Shown one piece after another: positions 38,188 through 50,693 of a stretch of 64,000 nt of DNA. Made by a program: the position numbers and the translations under genes. The first letter of the stretch is position 1. Each line of letters starts with the position of its first letter. A model generated the notes under the pieces. That model ran no database searches. It was not told where the DNA came from and saw only the letters and a list, made by a program, of their open reading frames with translations. Source of the DNA: Leucoraja erinacea (Eukaryota); assembly GCF_028641065.1 (NCBI RefSeq), contig NC_073400.1:19840001-19904000 (forward strand), written 5' to 3'.

Positions 38188-40343
38188 CCCTTATTTATAT
38201 AATCCTACCTCCTATAAATGGGAAAGTACTCACCCCAGCCGTAAATTACCTACTGGTTTGGCTGTCTAGTGGTAATTCCGTCCGCTCTTCCTGTCTGGTC
38301 CACTGCTCCCTTGCAGTGCGTGGCAAACCTCTTTGCCTCTCCCAGAATCCTTAGCCTCTCAAGCGTATTGCGTGGTCTCCTCTCTTCAGCCTCCTCTCCG
38401 AAGACTCTCGAGCCAAAGACTCACACTTTTCTCACAGGGCACTTCACTCACTGCCGCTCGCAAAGGGCTGTCCTGCTTAAATTGACTGATAAATTGCCTA
38501 TTTACCAATTTACACAGCCAATTCCTCAGTTTTCAACTGTTTTCACCCCTCTGTAATAACCCTTCTCCCCACATCATATCATATGCTTTCTCAATATCCA
38601 AAAATACAGCTACTACACTTTCTCTGTTAATTTGTGCTCTCCTAATTTCATGTTCTAAACATATAGCTGGATCCATGGTATTTCTCCCCTTCCTGAAACC
38701 ACTCTGGTAATTGGATAAATATCCTTTATTTTCTACATAATATGTTAACCTTTCATTTACCATTTTTTCCATTACTTTACATATGTTGGATGTTAACGCA
38801 ATAGGCCTATAATTCCCTGGGTTTGTCAGATCTTTACCTGGTTTTCCTATTGGGATTACTACTGCCTCCTTCCAGCTTTGCGGTAATTTCCCACCCTCCC
38901 ACACTTTATTATAAAATTCTAACAAAAAATCCTTGGATGTTTCACTGAGATGGTTTAACATGGTGTAACAAATCTGATCTTTACCTGGTGCTGACATCTT
39001 GGTTTTTCTAAGAGCTCGATTGAATTCTGTCTTTGTGAATGGTTTGTTAAAAACATCGTTAGTGTCTTCCTCATATCGTATTAACTGTATATTCTCTGCT
39101 ATAGTATTTTCTTTTCCTTTTCTTCCTTCTTCACTAACATTGTCTGAACTGTGAATTTTAGCAAAAGATTTTGCCAACATCTCTGCTTTCTCTTCATCTT
39201 TCACTGCTGTAATTTCACCGTCAGTTAGGATTGGATATTTGTATTCTCTTTTAATTCCTTTCATTCTCCTTATCATTCCCCAAACTTGACCTACTTTTGT
39301 CTCCCTTCCCACTGAGTTACAAAATGTCCTCCAAAATTCCCTCTTTGCATTTTTTATTACTCTTCTTACACTTGCTTGCAACCTTTTGTATTCAATAAGA
39401 TTCTGAAAATTGTGATTTCTTTTCAAAATTTTAAAAGCTTTATTTCGACACTTAATTGCTTTGTCACACTCCTTAGTCCACCATGGTACACTCTTCTTGT
39501 TGTGCTTACCTCCTTTCTTTTTAATGGACTTCGTTGCTGCCTCTAAAATGGCTTCACAAACAGAAATATTTAAATTATCCACATCTTCATAAATATCAAT
39601 TTTCTCCATTTCTTGATCACTAACAATCTTAAACTTCTCCCAATCAGCACCACTAAAAGACCACTTCTGTATTCTCTCTGTATTATACTCCTCTAAACTC
39701 ACTCCTGCTACTATTTCTATCGGGTAGTGGCCACTTCCTACCGTTGTTCTTCGAATTACTTCCCATGAACAAACACCCGCCAATGAGTCTGACACTAGTG
39801 TGAGGTCTATGGCTGATTCTGACCCTGTTCTGATGTTGATTCGTGTCCCACTTCCATCATTAAGACACACAAGATTTTTATTCTCCATTAAATCCTCAAT
39901 CACCATCCCATTTTCATCATTAGAATCATCCCACAACGTGCTATGGGCATTAAAATCTCCACAACATATAACTTTCCCCCCTAAATACCCAGCAAGTTCA
40001 TCCATCAACTCCATTGAAAGCCTTTTACACGGATTATAAAAATTAACAATTTTAACCTTACCTTCTCTTGTCCAAATTTCAACCACTAAATATTCTAATT
40101 CTGTTCCTTTCACCAACAATCTATAATGTATTCCTTGCCTTATAAATATTACACACCCCCCTCCACTCCCCTCCCCCCTATCTCTACGGATACTATCATA
40201 ACCTTTGATGACAAAGTCTAATGAAGGCTTAAGCCAGGTTTCTTGAATACATATGACTTCTGGTTTCTTCTTTAACTCTTTAATGAATCCTTTAAACTCT
40301 TGTCCATTTGCTATTATGCTCCTTGCGTTCCATTGTAATATAA

Positions 40344-41559
40344 TCAATTTGACCTATCACCAGAACCTTCCTGCCTTCCATCTGCTTCAAGCTTTTTATT
40401 GATACTCTCCCATGATACTTCTTTTAAACCCAAAAACTTCTCTGCTCCCTTAACAATGATTTTTATTTTTTCTGTTTTGTGTTTAACCTGATCAGTACAG
40501 TTGATTACATATGCAATGAAAACAATAAGCTTATCAGCTGTCAGTTCTGTGTGAGTTTTGACTGCTTGACTTTCCTCTAATCTCAAAACCGGATGATTCT
40601 CTCTCCCAATTATATCCACTCTTCCCCTTTGTCCTTGCACCTTCTTCACTGCCTCTGAGTAGCTTATGTTACTTACTGTTTTCACTTGCTGAATCTCCAC
40701 AGCCCTCTTCCTGACTTCACATCCCCCATACGTTACCCTGTGCGGTCCTCCGCAATTGCAGCATTTATCCTGCATATTTTCTCTGCACTCTTCAAATCTA
40801 TGCTCTCCTCCACACTTGGGACACCTCTGCTTCCCCTTACACACCGCTGCTATATGTCCATACCTCTGGCATTTATAACATCGGAGCGGTGGAGGGATAT
40901 AAGGCCTCACTGGAAAACTCATGCATCCGATTCTCACTTTTTCTGGTAGTTCAGACTGCTGAAACTCCAGAAGCACAGACAAGCTCTCTACCCTCTTACC
41001 CTCCACTGTCCTTAACAATCTCTTAGCTACACTCACCTGGCCACCAAAAATACTCTGTTTGAGTTTCTCCAGGTCTTCATCTACAGGAATACCTGTTATT
41101 ACTCCCCTTGTCACTCTACTCTCACCCAGAGTCTTTCTTTCACTCACCATCTTCTTGCAAACACTTTCAATCTTCAGAGCCTTATTTTTCTGCTCCTCCG
41201 TTTTACATATTATTAACAAGTTCCCAGTCTCTCAAAATCTTAGCTGTTTCCACCTCTCCTACCTTCTTCTTTAGCTCCCTGGATAAAGCTATCGGACTTA
41301 AATTGACATGCTCATCTTCCTTTCTGAATTTCAGTATTATTTTAACCTCCTTCCTTTCAACCTTTTTCCGAACCGTTCTCCTATCCTCCTCTGAACTGTT
41401 CCCTTCAAAACTCCTTTTGCTGCTTTGGCTGAGCTCGTTTTGCCTGACTCCTCCTTCTCCTTGATTCCTTCCTGATCTCTGACTAGATACTGACGTCCAG
41501 TCACCAAAAGCCCCATCATCTTGGTCTTCGTCATCCTCTAATCCTACCTGAGTTGCCAT
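40344..41559 (-). pseudogene. Nimb ORF1 (gag-like, three CCHC knuckles), one frameshift near 41220
   Basis: CYKCQRYGHIAAVC, CPKCGGEHRFEEC, CCNCGGPHRVTYGGC; its stop overlaps the ORF2 ATG. Confidence 0.9.
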
Positions 41560-41766
41560 TTGATCCAGTCACAAACCAGTTTATGCCAACCGCCAACTCC
41601 TAGTCCCTCTCTCCCTTCCACACGGGAGCTCCCCTTCCCAGCCGGCCGTTCGATCCCTCCGCCCGCTTCTCCCTGCCTGACCTGCTCACAACGACTCAAT
41701 GGACAACCACCATGACATGCAGTATGTGTATTTCTTTGTAATTGTAGTCTGTGCAAGGGTGATATT

Positions 41767-42118
41767 CTTCTTCTTTGGAGTTTTACGGCAGCCGGCATCC
41801 ACAATGTTGCATTGCTGCCACCTTCTGGCTTCACTCCACAGTCCTCGTGTCTTTACTTTATTTCCTTTTCATAAGGCCAGAGGCCCTCAAGAAATTAAAC
41901 AACAAATTTACTCCTTTTCCTTCCCCTCCATACTCTAGAATGTTCTTTTCTGATATATCTGTCATTCCAATTTTCTTCATTTCATCGATCAAAACTCTTC
42001 TTTCTGTTGCATATCTTCTACATGCAACTAGAGCATGCTGAACTGTTTCCGGCTGATAACATTCCTCACACATCCCAGTAGGGTGTTTTCCCAACATTTT
42101 TAATGTGCTGTTCAGGTG
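41767..42118 (-). mobile_element. Second, 5'-truncated Nimb-family insertion (different subfamily)
   Basis: GKHPTGMCEECYQPETVQHALVAC...FLRASGL; GAAGAAG tail; 12-bp TSD AAGGGTGATATT (41755-41766, 42119-42130). Confidence 0.85.
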
Positions 42119-43024
42119 AAGGGTGATATTTGTGGTGTTACAAGTTTAATGATGGGCTATGATTAGTGGAAGATTGGATGCAGCTGTTTAGCATTTGTTA
42201 GAGTGAGCTAATTGCCTGCAGTTTCCTTTATTTAGCAGATACTGGTGGGAGTTGTGCTGTGCTAACCAACGGTTGAGCTTTCCCGAGGTGTCATGTGCCT
42301 AACTCAATGAAACACCAATGATATTCAGTACACCACTTGTTGCAGACTTCCAGTCAGAAAAACATTCTTCCAGCACTAACCTTAGCTGTAAGCTTCAAGT
42401 TCCTGAGTGCAAACATCACCACCAACCACAATGATGCCACTGCAAGAAAGCTCTATTTTCTCAGAAGACTAAGAAAATTTGGCATGTATGCAATGACTCT
42501 AAGCACCTTCAACAGATGCACCATGGAACGCCTCCTACCATGATGCACCACACCTTAGTTTCGCAATTATTCTGCCTAAATGTAAGAAATTTCAAAGAAT
42601 CGTGGACACAGCCCAGAACATCACGCAAAACATCTTCTACAAACACCTCCCCTCCCCCATTAACTCTATGTACATTCACACTGCCCACACACACCCCCAT
42701 CATTCTCTCTTATCCCCTCTCCCGGCACCTTTTGCAACTGCAGTACTGTATTCTGCACTCTGTTTCTTTCTCTGTTTGCACTCGTGTGATTGTTGTACTC
42801 GTACAGTATATGGTTTGATTGTGATCATGTATAGATGATTAGCTTGATAGCACACATAACAGTTCACTGTGTTGATGAATATGGGACATTAATAAACCAA
42901 TATCAATATCACCAATTCAACTTTGGATCAAATTAGTCAGATTATCCTGGATCCCTCTTGCTTTAACCTCCTCGAGCAGTTAATATAAGAGGACTTGTCA
43001 GATGGCTTGCTAAATTCCATATAT

Positions 43025-44186
43025 GTGTGTTTTTACAATCCTGGGTACAAAAAGTGTAATATAATAAATCATACATAAAACTGAAGTTCACAAATAAATA
43101 ATTTCAACATGATTCAGATTCATCAAAACCCCCCCCACAGCGACAGTACATGACAGGGAGAGATAGCTGATGAAGTTTGAGAAAATGTGATTAATGAACA
43201 AGATTCCTTGTTTAACATACGTTTTTTTACACTTTATGTTTGATGTCCACCATAACAACCGTTACATGAAATTTAGAAAGTCATTTTTTTCCAAAGCATG
43301 ATAGCTGATTTCCTCACTTTTGTTGTTTTTCAACAGACAAATGTGCTTTCTTGCTATAAACATGGAGTATGTGACCAAATGACCAATATTCCTGTTTTCT
43401 ACTGAAACGTGTGTTACGCACGGTACACAGTGTCCAAGAGTGGACACCAAAATGAAAGTAGCTCCTGTTTCACCCAGTATTTATTTTTTGTAATATCTTT
43501 CTCATGTTTTGAATACATTTTATGGAACTAATTGTCCATAAATAATAAGAGACTGCAGGTACATAATTTGATTGAAATATAGCTACTGCAAAATGCTGGT
43601 GTTACGCGTGTGATGGTGGACACCAAAAATATTCACTAATTTTGGCATGCAGCAGCTTTTACAGAATCTTGACATTAAGGTTACTTTCTTCTCATAATTT
43701 CAAACTAGAAAATGTTCAATCTCCTTGGGAAGTTCTTTGGTCTTAATTTACCATTGTGGTGTAACGGTGATTACTCTAAAATAGGGTGGACACCAAGAGT
43801 AACCACCAACACAGTCTTTAAAATATGGGCATTCAGAGCACTTAATGCCAAATTCATCAACAGTTTTGCTGATTACTGTGAAACATGCATCTCTGCAAAT
43901 CAACAAACTTGAAAATGTTTTGAATTATAATGTAATTAATGCAGAAATTGCCACTTTATTTCATAATGTCAAAGCATGTTATTTTTGGTGTCCTAAAAAT
44001 TGATATTTTTGAGATATAAACGGGTTGATTCGGGGAATTAATTTAATTCCTAACTTGATTTTATCTCTACTATCTCTTGCACATTTGAGTCACAATCCCT
44101 GAAAAAATTAACACCATACTACTTAGCGGCGATATGACATTTTTAATGCTCTGTGATAAAATCTTTCAAGTATTGTAAAAATACAC
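43025..44186. mobile_element. AT-rich non-autonomous TIR transposon (Sola1-like by 4-bp ATAT TSD)
   Basis: TIRs GTGTGTTTTTACAAT / ATTGTAAAAATACAC flanked by ATAT; internal GTGGACACCAA repeated at ~43440, ~43616 and ~43786. Confidence 0.6.
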
Positions 44187-44194
44187 ATATACAG

Positions 44195-45600
44195 CATCCA
44201 CCAGCGTGCCCTCATACCCGATGGCGTCCGGATGGCATGTGCAAGCCAGCTAGCGGGGGTGTTCATTGACATTTTTCAACCTCTCGCTTTCCCTAAGATC
44301 CGTTCCCGCCTGTCTGAAAACCACCACCATCATCCCCATACCCAATCACAACAAACTCACCACTCTCAACGACTGGGGACCGATGGCATTGACACCCATC
44401 AGCAGCAAATGCTTTGAGAAGTTAGTCAAGGATATAATCTGCTCCTCACTACCCAACAACCTGGACCACTGCCAATTTGCCTACCACCCCAACAGATCAA
44501 CAGACGACCCCATCGCCCACACCCTTCACACCGCCCTCACCCACCTGGACAAGAGGGACATTTTTTTTAGGATGCTGTTCATGGACTCATCGGTAAGCTC
44601 ATGGACCTGGGGCTTAACCCCCCCCCCCCATCAACATCAAACGGTGTAGCGGTGGAGAGGGTGGAGAGCTTCAACTTCCTCGGTCTCCACATCACGGAGG
44701 GCCTGCCCTGGACCACCCACATATCCCCCATCAGCAAAAAGGTGTAACAGCACCTCTAAAACCTCCGGCGACTGAAGAAATTCCGCCTGAACCCCCGGGT
44801 CCGCAGGGATTCTACAGAGGCACCGTGGAGAGCACCCTGGTAGGCTGTATCTCCACCTGGCATAGCAGCTGCAGCTGCACCAGCCACACCCGAAGGGCCA
44901 TGCAGAGAGTTGTGCGGAAGGCCCAGCTCATCGCCGGGTGTGAGCTGTCCTCCCTCCAGGACATCTACTCCAGGCGGCTGAAAAGCCCGGGGGATCAACA
45001 AACACCCCAGCCACCCGGGACCATGGTCTATTCTGCCTGCTGCCCTCAGGCATAAGGTACCGGAGCATCAGCCCCCGTACCACCAGACCTCTCTCTGGCA
45101 GGTATCTCTCGCTCAAGGATGTCTGTACAGGCACCAGTGACCCTCCTCCCTCTCCTTCAGAGATTATCTTTTCCCTGTCTTGTGTCTCTAAGTAACTCTC
45201 TCACATGAGATATCCATGCGTCGGTGTTCACGGTTGCTCTCTCTCAGTGGATAGCCATCCACTAGCCAGTATCTCCAGCTACCCTCACTTGGGGATGTCT
45301 CCAGATTCACTCCAACGTAGTTACAAACCTCCCCACCATCGAAGAGATCTACAGGAGTTACTGGCTCTAAAAGGCAGCAAGAATCCTCAGAGACCACACC
45401 ATTATGGCCACATTGTCATTGCACTCCTGCCATCGGGAAGAAGGTACAGGAGCCTGAAAACTGCACTGTCCAGGTTCAGAAGCAGATTCTTTTGAACAAC
45501 CATCAAGCTATTAAACACTACAGCCTCCAAATAAGCTCCGAACTACAAAGACATGGAGGTATTATTTGTGACTTTGCACCACTATTGTTTTCTTTATATA
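44195..45600 (+). mobile_element. Decayed Rex1/Babar-like LINE RT and 3' fragments
   Basis: FNLSLSLRSVPACLKTTTIIPIP...LND..P.ALT...KCFEKLV...QFAY..NRSTDD; LLPSGRRYRSL. Confidence 0.8.
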
Positions 45601-45604
45601 TGCT

Positions 45605-46965
45605 TGAATAATCTTATGGAATCTTTTGAGGATGTAACAAGTAGAATGGATAAGGGAGAGCCAGTGGATGTGGTGTATCTGGCTTTCAAAAAGCCTTTGG
45701 CAAGGTCCCACACAAGAGATTAGTGTGCAAATTTAGAGCGCATGGTATTGGGGGTAGGGTTTTGATATGGATAGAGAACTGTATAGGAAAGAACTACAGA
45801 TGCTGGTTTACATCAAGGGTAGACACAAAATGCTGGAGTAGCTCAGTAGGACAGGTAGCATCTCTGGAGAGAAGGAATGGGTGACGTTGCGGGTCGAGAC
45901 CCTTCTTCAGACTGATGCCAGGGGATAGGGAACTGGTTGGCACACAGGAATCAAAGAGAAGGAATTAACGGGTCCTTTTCAGAATGGCAGGCAGTGACTA
46001 GTGAGGTGCCTCAAGGCTCAGTGCTGGGACCCCAGTTATTTACAATACATATTTACGATTTAGACAAAGGATTTAAATGTAACATCTCCAAGTTTGCGGA
46101 TGACTCAAAGCTGTGTGGCAGTGTGAGATGGAGTTGCGAGGAGGATACTAAGTGGTATTAAGGATACTAAGGTGATTTAGATAGGTTGGGTGAGTGGGCA
46201 GATGCATGGTAGTTGCAATATTATGTGGATACATTTGAGATTATCCACTTTGGTGGCAAAAACAGGAAGGCAGATTATTATCTGAATGGTGTCAGATTAG
46301 GAAAAGGGGGGGGTGCAATGAGACCTGGGTGTGCTTGTACATCAGTCACAGAAAGTAAGCATGCGGGTACAGCTAGCTGTGAAGAAAGCTAATGACATGC
46401 TGGCCTTCATTGCGAGAGGATTTGTATTTAGGAGCAGGAAGGTCCTGCTGAAGTTGTACAGGGCCCAAGTGAGACTGCACCTGGAGCATTGTGTGCAATT
46501 TTGGTCTCCTAATTTGAGGAAGGACATTATTGCTAGTGAGGGAGTGCAGCACAAGTTCACCAGGCTCATTCCTGGGATGGCGGGACTGACATCTGATGAA
46601 AGAATGGGTCGACTGGGCTTGTATTCAATAGAATTTCGAAGGATGAGAGGGTATCTTATAGAAACATATTAAATTCTTAAAGGATTGGACAGGAGAGATT
46701 CAGGAAAAATGTTACCGATGTTGGGGGAGTCCAGAACCAGGGCTCACAGTTTAAGAATAAGGGGTAGGACATTTAGGACTTAGATGAGGAAAAACATCTT
46801 CACCCAGAGAGTTGTGAATCTGTGGAATTCTCTGCCACAGAAGGCAGTGGAGGCCAATTTGCTGGATTTTTCAAAAGAGTTAGATTTAGCTCTTAGGGCT
46901 GAAGGAATCAAGGGATATGGGGTAAAAGCAGGATCAGCCATGATCATATTGAATGGCGGTGCTGG
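45605..46965 (+). mobile_element. CR1 3' fragment interrupted by a solo PLE pLTR (45781-45925)
   Basis: RT motifs VPQGSVLGP and FADD; the pLTR is flanked by ATAGAGAACT/ATAGGGAACT. Confidence 0.85.
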
Positions 46966-47217
46966 CTCATTTCTCTCCGTCCGTCTCTCTCAGAGGGATA
47001 TCTGTACACTTGACTGGTGTCTCTCACTCCAAGGGAGTTATCTGTACACTGACTGCTCCCTCTCTCTCAGGATGAAATCTGTGCACTGACTGGTTTATAG
47101 CTAGTTATAGGAGAGTGTCGTAACTATCAGGGAACTCCAAAATAGGGAAGGTTAGAGGGGCTTGTTCAGGTAAAGAAGGGCATGAAGGCTGGAGGGGTTT
47201 ACAGAGATAAGGAGATA

Positions 47218-47810
47218 CATAGAAACATAGAAAATAGGTGTAGGAAGAGACCATTTGGCCCTTCGAGCCAGCACCGCCATTCATTGTGATCATGGCTGAT
47301 TGTCCCCTATCAATAACCCGTGCCTGCCTTCTCCCCATATCCCTTGACTCCACTAGCCCCTAGAGCTCTATCTAACTCTCTCTTAAATCCATTCAGTGAC
47401 TTGGCCTCCCCTGCCCTCTGTGGCAGGGAATTCCATAAATTCACAACTCTCTGGGTGAACATTTTTTTCTTACCTCAGTCTTAAATGACCTCCCCTTTAT
47501 TCTAAGACTGTGGCCCACTGGTTCTGGACTCATCCAACATTGGGAACATTTTTCCTGCATCTAGCTTGTCCAGTCCTTTTATAATGTTATATGTTTCTAT
47601 AAGATCCTCCCCTCATCCTTCTAAACTCCAGTGAATACAAGCCTAGTCTTTTCAATCTTTCCTCATGTGACAGTCCCGCCATCCCAGGGATCAATCTCGT
47701 GAACCTACGCTGCACCGCCTCAATCACAAGGATGTCCTTCCTCAAATTAGGAGACCAAAACTGTACACAATACTCTAGATGTGGTCTCACCAGAGCCCTA
47801 TACAACTGCA
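47218..47810 (-). mobile_element. CR1 3' fragment
   Basis: [18 protein letters not shown]...; (ATAGAAAC) tail. Confidence 0.9.
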
Positions 47811-50176
47811 GTTTGTAGATTGGATGCTTAAGTGGATGTAGGGCCTGGAGGGTAGAAAACTGGATGGGTGGTAGGGCTGGAGGTGGACAAATAAGAAAGG
47901 TGTCGAATCATAGTCATACAGCATGTAAACAGACACTTTGTCCTAAGCCACTATGCTTTGAACTGTTGCCCTCGGGCAGGCGTTACAGGTCAGCCAAAAC
48001 ACGCACCTCCAGACTCTGAGACAGTTTCTTCCCCAAAGCAATCTTCACACTCAAAATGAAAAAACACTGAGTATTATTCATGCTGTACTCTTCCACGCTG
48101 CTACCCACCTTGAACTTTTACTATCACTATGTACAGTACTGATTACTTACTTATTTTAATACCTAGTTTTTAACATTGTTTTTAAATTGGGTCCTGTGTT
48201 TTTATGTTTCTATATTATGCACCAATGGAGTGGCAACAACAATTTTGTTGTATGCAGTGCTTACAATGACAAATAAAGGCATTTCATTTTCATTTCATGT
48301 CAGCCATAATCCCCCATCTAAGTTACGCTCATTTATCTGCAATTGGTCCACATCCCTCTGAACATTTCCTATCCATATGCTTGACCAAACAGGGGATTAT
48401 GAAGATAAAAAGGGTTATTGGGCCAGAAGGGTTTTACAGTGTAGGGATTGGATTTTTGATGAAGCATAGGATCTGGACGGGTTACTGAAAGTGGAAGGTG
48501 TTAAGGGCTGGTGGGATTGCAGAGATTGTGGTTAGAGCGACTGGAGAGGTTTCAGAGACAGAAGGGTGTAAGGGATGGAGGGATTACAGAGAAAATGAGG
48601 GGTTAGGGACTGGAGCGATTATAGATGTAGGGATAGGTGCAGGCACTGGGGGGGGGGGGGGTTTCAAAGATAGGGGTGTTACAGAGGGAGCAGTGAAGGG
48701 GAATGTCTACGAGAGAGACTGTGATGAGGCCTATGGTGGAAGAAGTCCTCAAATTTGTACAGCCGATTTGGTTAAGTGGGATGTCTGTTTTCAATTTGTA
48801 AAATGGGATGACATGGGCACTGCGTGCATGAAGTTTCCATGAGTCAGTCACTTGCACAATCTGAGAATGTGTTCTCTCAGCTGGAAACAGTTTCAATGAT
48901 TCAATGTTACTTTATTTGCAAGCATTTCTCAGAAAATGCAGAAAAATTAAAATAAGGAAGTAAAAATTATTCTGAGATTAAACTGAGCCAACTACCTGAA
49001 ACTGCAGAGATCTGATAGGCAACACATCTCAGTAGTTGCTGGGCTTATTGACCACCACAACAGCCTGACCTCTGCTGGCTCATACTCGCTGGCAACCATC
49101 ACAGATGGAGTGTTGATCCCATCCCCATTCCCACAGCTGGGAATCTCAACTTTTCCCCTTATAGCCGAGGGCGTTGAAAAACTGGGAGAAAATTCAAAAA
49201 ACAGATAGGGGGTAGAGGTGGATAAAACTAGGAATGACCTCTAGTAGGTGAAGCAAGGTTTTCCCAGATGTCCCCAGTGTTTTGGTTATTGTGATGAAGG
49301 GTTAAAAAGTACAGTTAGAAAGAAAGAGAAAATAAAGGATGTGTAAAAGCTATAAATGGCAATTTAGTTCAAAACTGAAACTATGAAGAGATGCAGGAAA
49401 TGCACAGAAGGTCAAGCAGGGGTAATGGACAGAGAAAAACAGAGTTGACGTTATAAATGGAGATAGACAACAGTGCTGGAGAAACTCAGCGGGTGCGGCA
49501 GCATCTATGGAGCGGAGGAAATAGGCAACGTTTCAGGCCAAAACCTTTTGTCAGACTGATGCAGGGTGAGGGGAGCAGGAAGACAAAAGGAAGAGGAGAG
49601 CCTACACAAGGAATGGCAAACAGGGTTCTTCCAAATTGAAGAATTTGACAGTAAGTCCAGAAGGTTGCAACATGCCCAGATGGAGGAAGAGATGTTTTAT
49701 CCCAATCGATGTATTGGTCCAGTTTAGTTAAGAGATATAGCACGGAAACCAACCCTTCGGCCCACTCCACTGAGTCCGTGTTGACCAGCGATCCCTGTAC
49801 ACTAGTACTATCCTACACACTAGAGGCGTTACCATCTTTACTGAAGCCAATTATCCTACAAACCTGTTTGTCTTTGGAGTGTTGGGGGAAACCAGGGCAC
49901 CCGGGGAAAACCCATGCAGTCACGGGGAAGTCAGGACCAGGTCATTAGAACCTGTCCGAGTGGTGAAGGATGTCCAAAGTATCACAGATATAAGTGGGGA
50001 CGGACTGAATTGGGGAGAAAGTGTGGATACTGCAAGGGGTGTTACTTGAGTTTCATTGTGTTTAACAAGGGAAACAGAATGTATGTGGGCTGTGGGAGAG
50101 TGTATCGGTGTGGAGGGTCTATTGTAAGAGAGAATGTCCATGATTATGGGAGGCAATTCCGTGGGCAGGGAGTGTA

Positions 50177-50693
50177 TATAGAAACATAGAAAATAGATGC
50201 AGGAGTTGGCCATTCGGCCCTTTGAGCCTGCACCGCCATTCAATATGATCATGGCTGATCATCCAACTCAGTATTCTGTACCTGCCTTTTCTCCATACCC
50301 CCTGATCCCTTTAGCCACAAGGGCCACATCTAACTCCCTCTTAAATATAGCCAATGAACTGGACTCAACTACCTTCTGTGGCAGAGAATTCCAGAGATTC
50401 ACCACTCTCTGTGTAAAAAATGTTTTTCTCATCTCAGTCCTAAAAGATTTCCCCCTTATCCTTAAACTGTGACCCCTTGTTCTGGACTTCCCCAACATCG
50501 GGAACAATCTTCCTGCATCTAGCCTGTCCAACCCCTTAAGAATTTTGTACGTTTCTATAAGATCCCCCCTCAATCGTCTGAATTCTAGCGAGTACAAGCC
50601 GAGTCTATCCAGTCTTTCTTCATATGAAAGTCCTGACATCCCAGGAATCAGTCTGGTGAACCTTCTCTGCACTCACTCTATGGCAAGAATGTC
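50177..50693 (-). mobile_element. CR1 3' fragment
   Basis: [24 protein letters not shown]...GEKAGT; tail present. Confidence 0.9.

Larger units (their letters stand above)
33864..38553 (-). mobile_element. Full-length CR1 (~4.7 kb) inserted in Nimb ORF2
   Basis: TAATA duplicated at 33859-33863 and 38554-38558. Nimb reads EGLL|VKLG across the insertion. Carries 5'UTR, ORF1, ORF2, a long 3'UTR and an (ATAGAAAC)n tail. Confidence 0.95.
32029..40347 (-). pseudogene. Nimb ORF2 (split: 40347-38554 and 33863-32029)
   Basis: MIILQWNARS/QETW/GDFNAH (APE); NYRPIALTS/DIEKAYD/FADD (RT); IYTDAS...SDS...WVPAH..GNE.AD (RNase H); CEYCG..ETIEHVIVHC. In-frame stop at 33664-33666. Confidence 0.9.
31918..41711 (-). 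mobile_element. Full-length Nimb/I-group LINE (ORF1 gag-like; ORF2 APE-RT-RNase H-CCHC), interrupted by CR1
   Basis: 13-bp TSD ATGACATGCAGTA (31905-31917, 41712-41724); GAA-type tail; ORFs listed separately. Confidence 0.9.
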
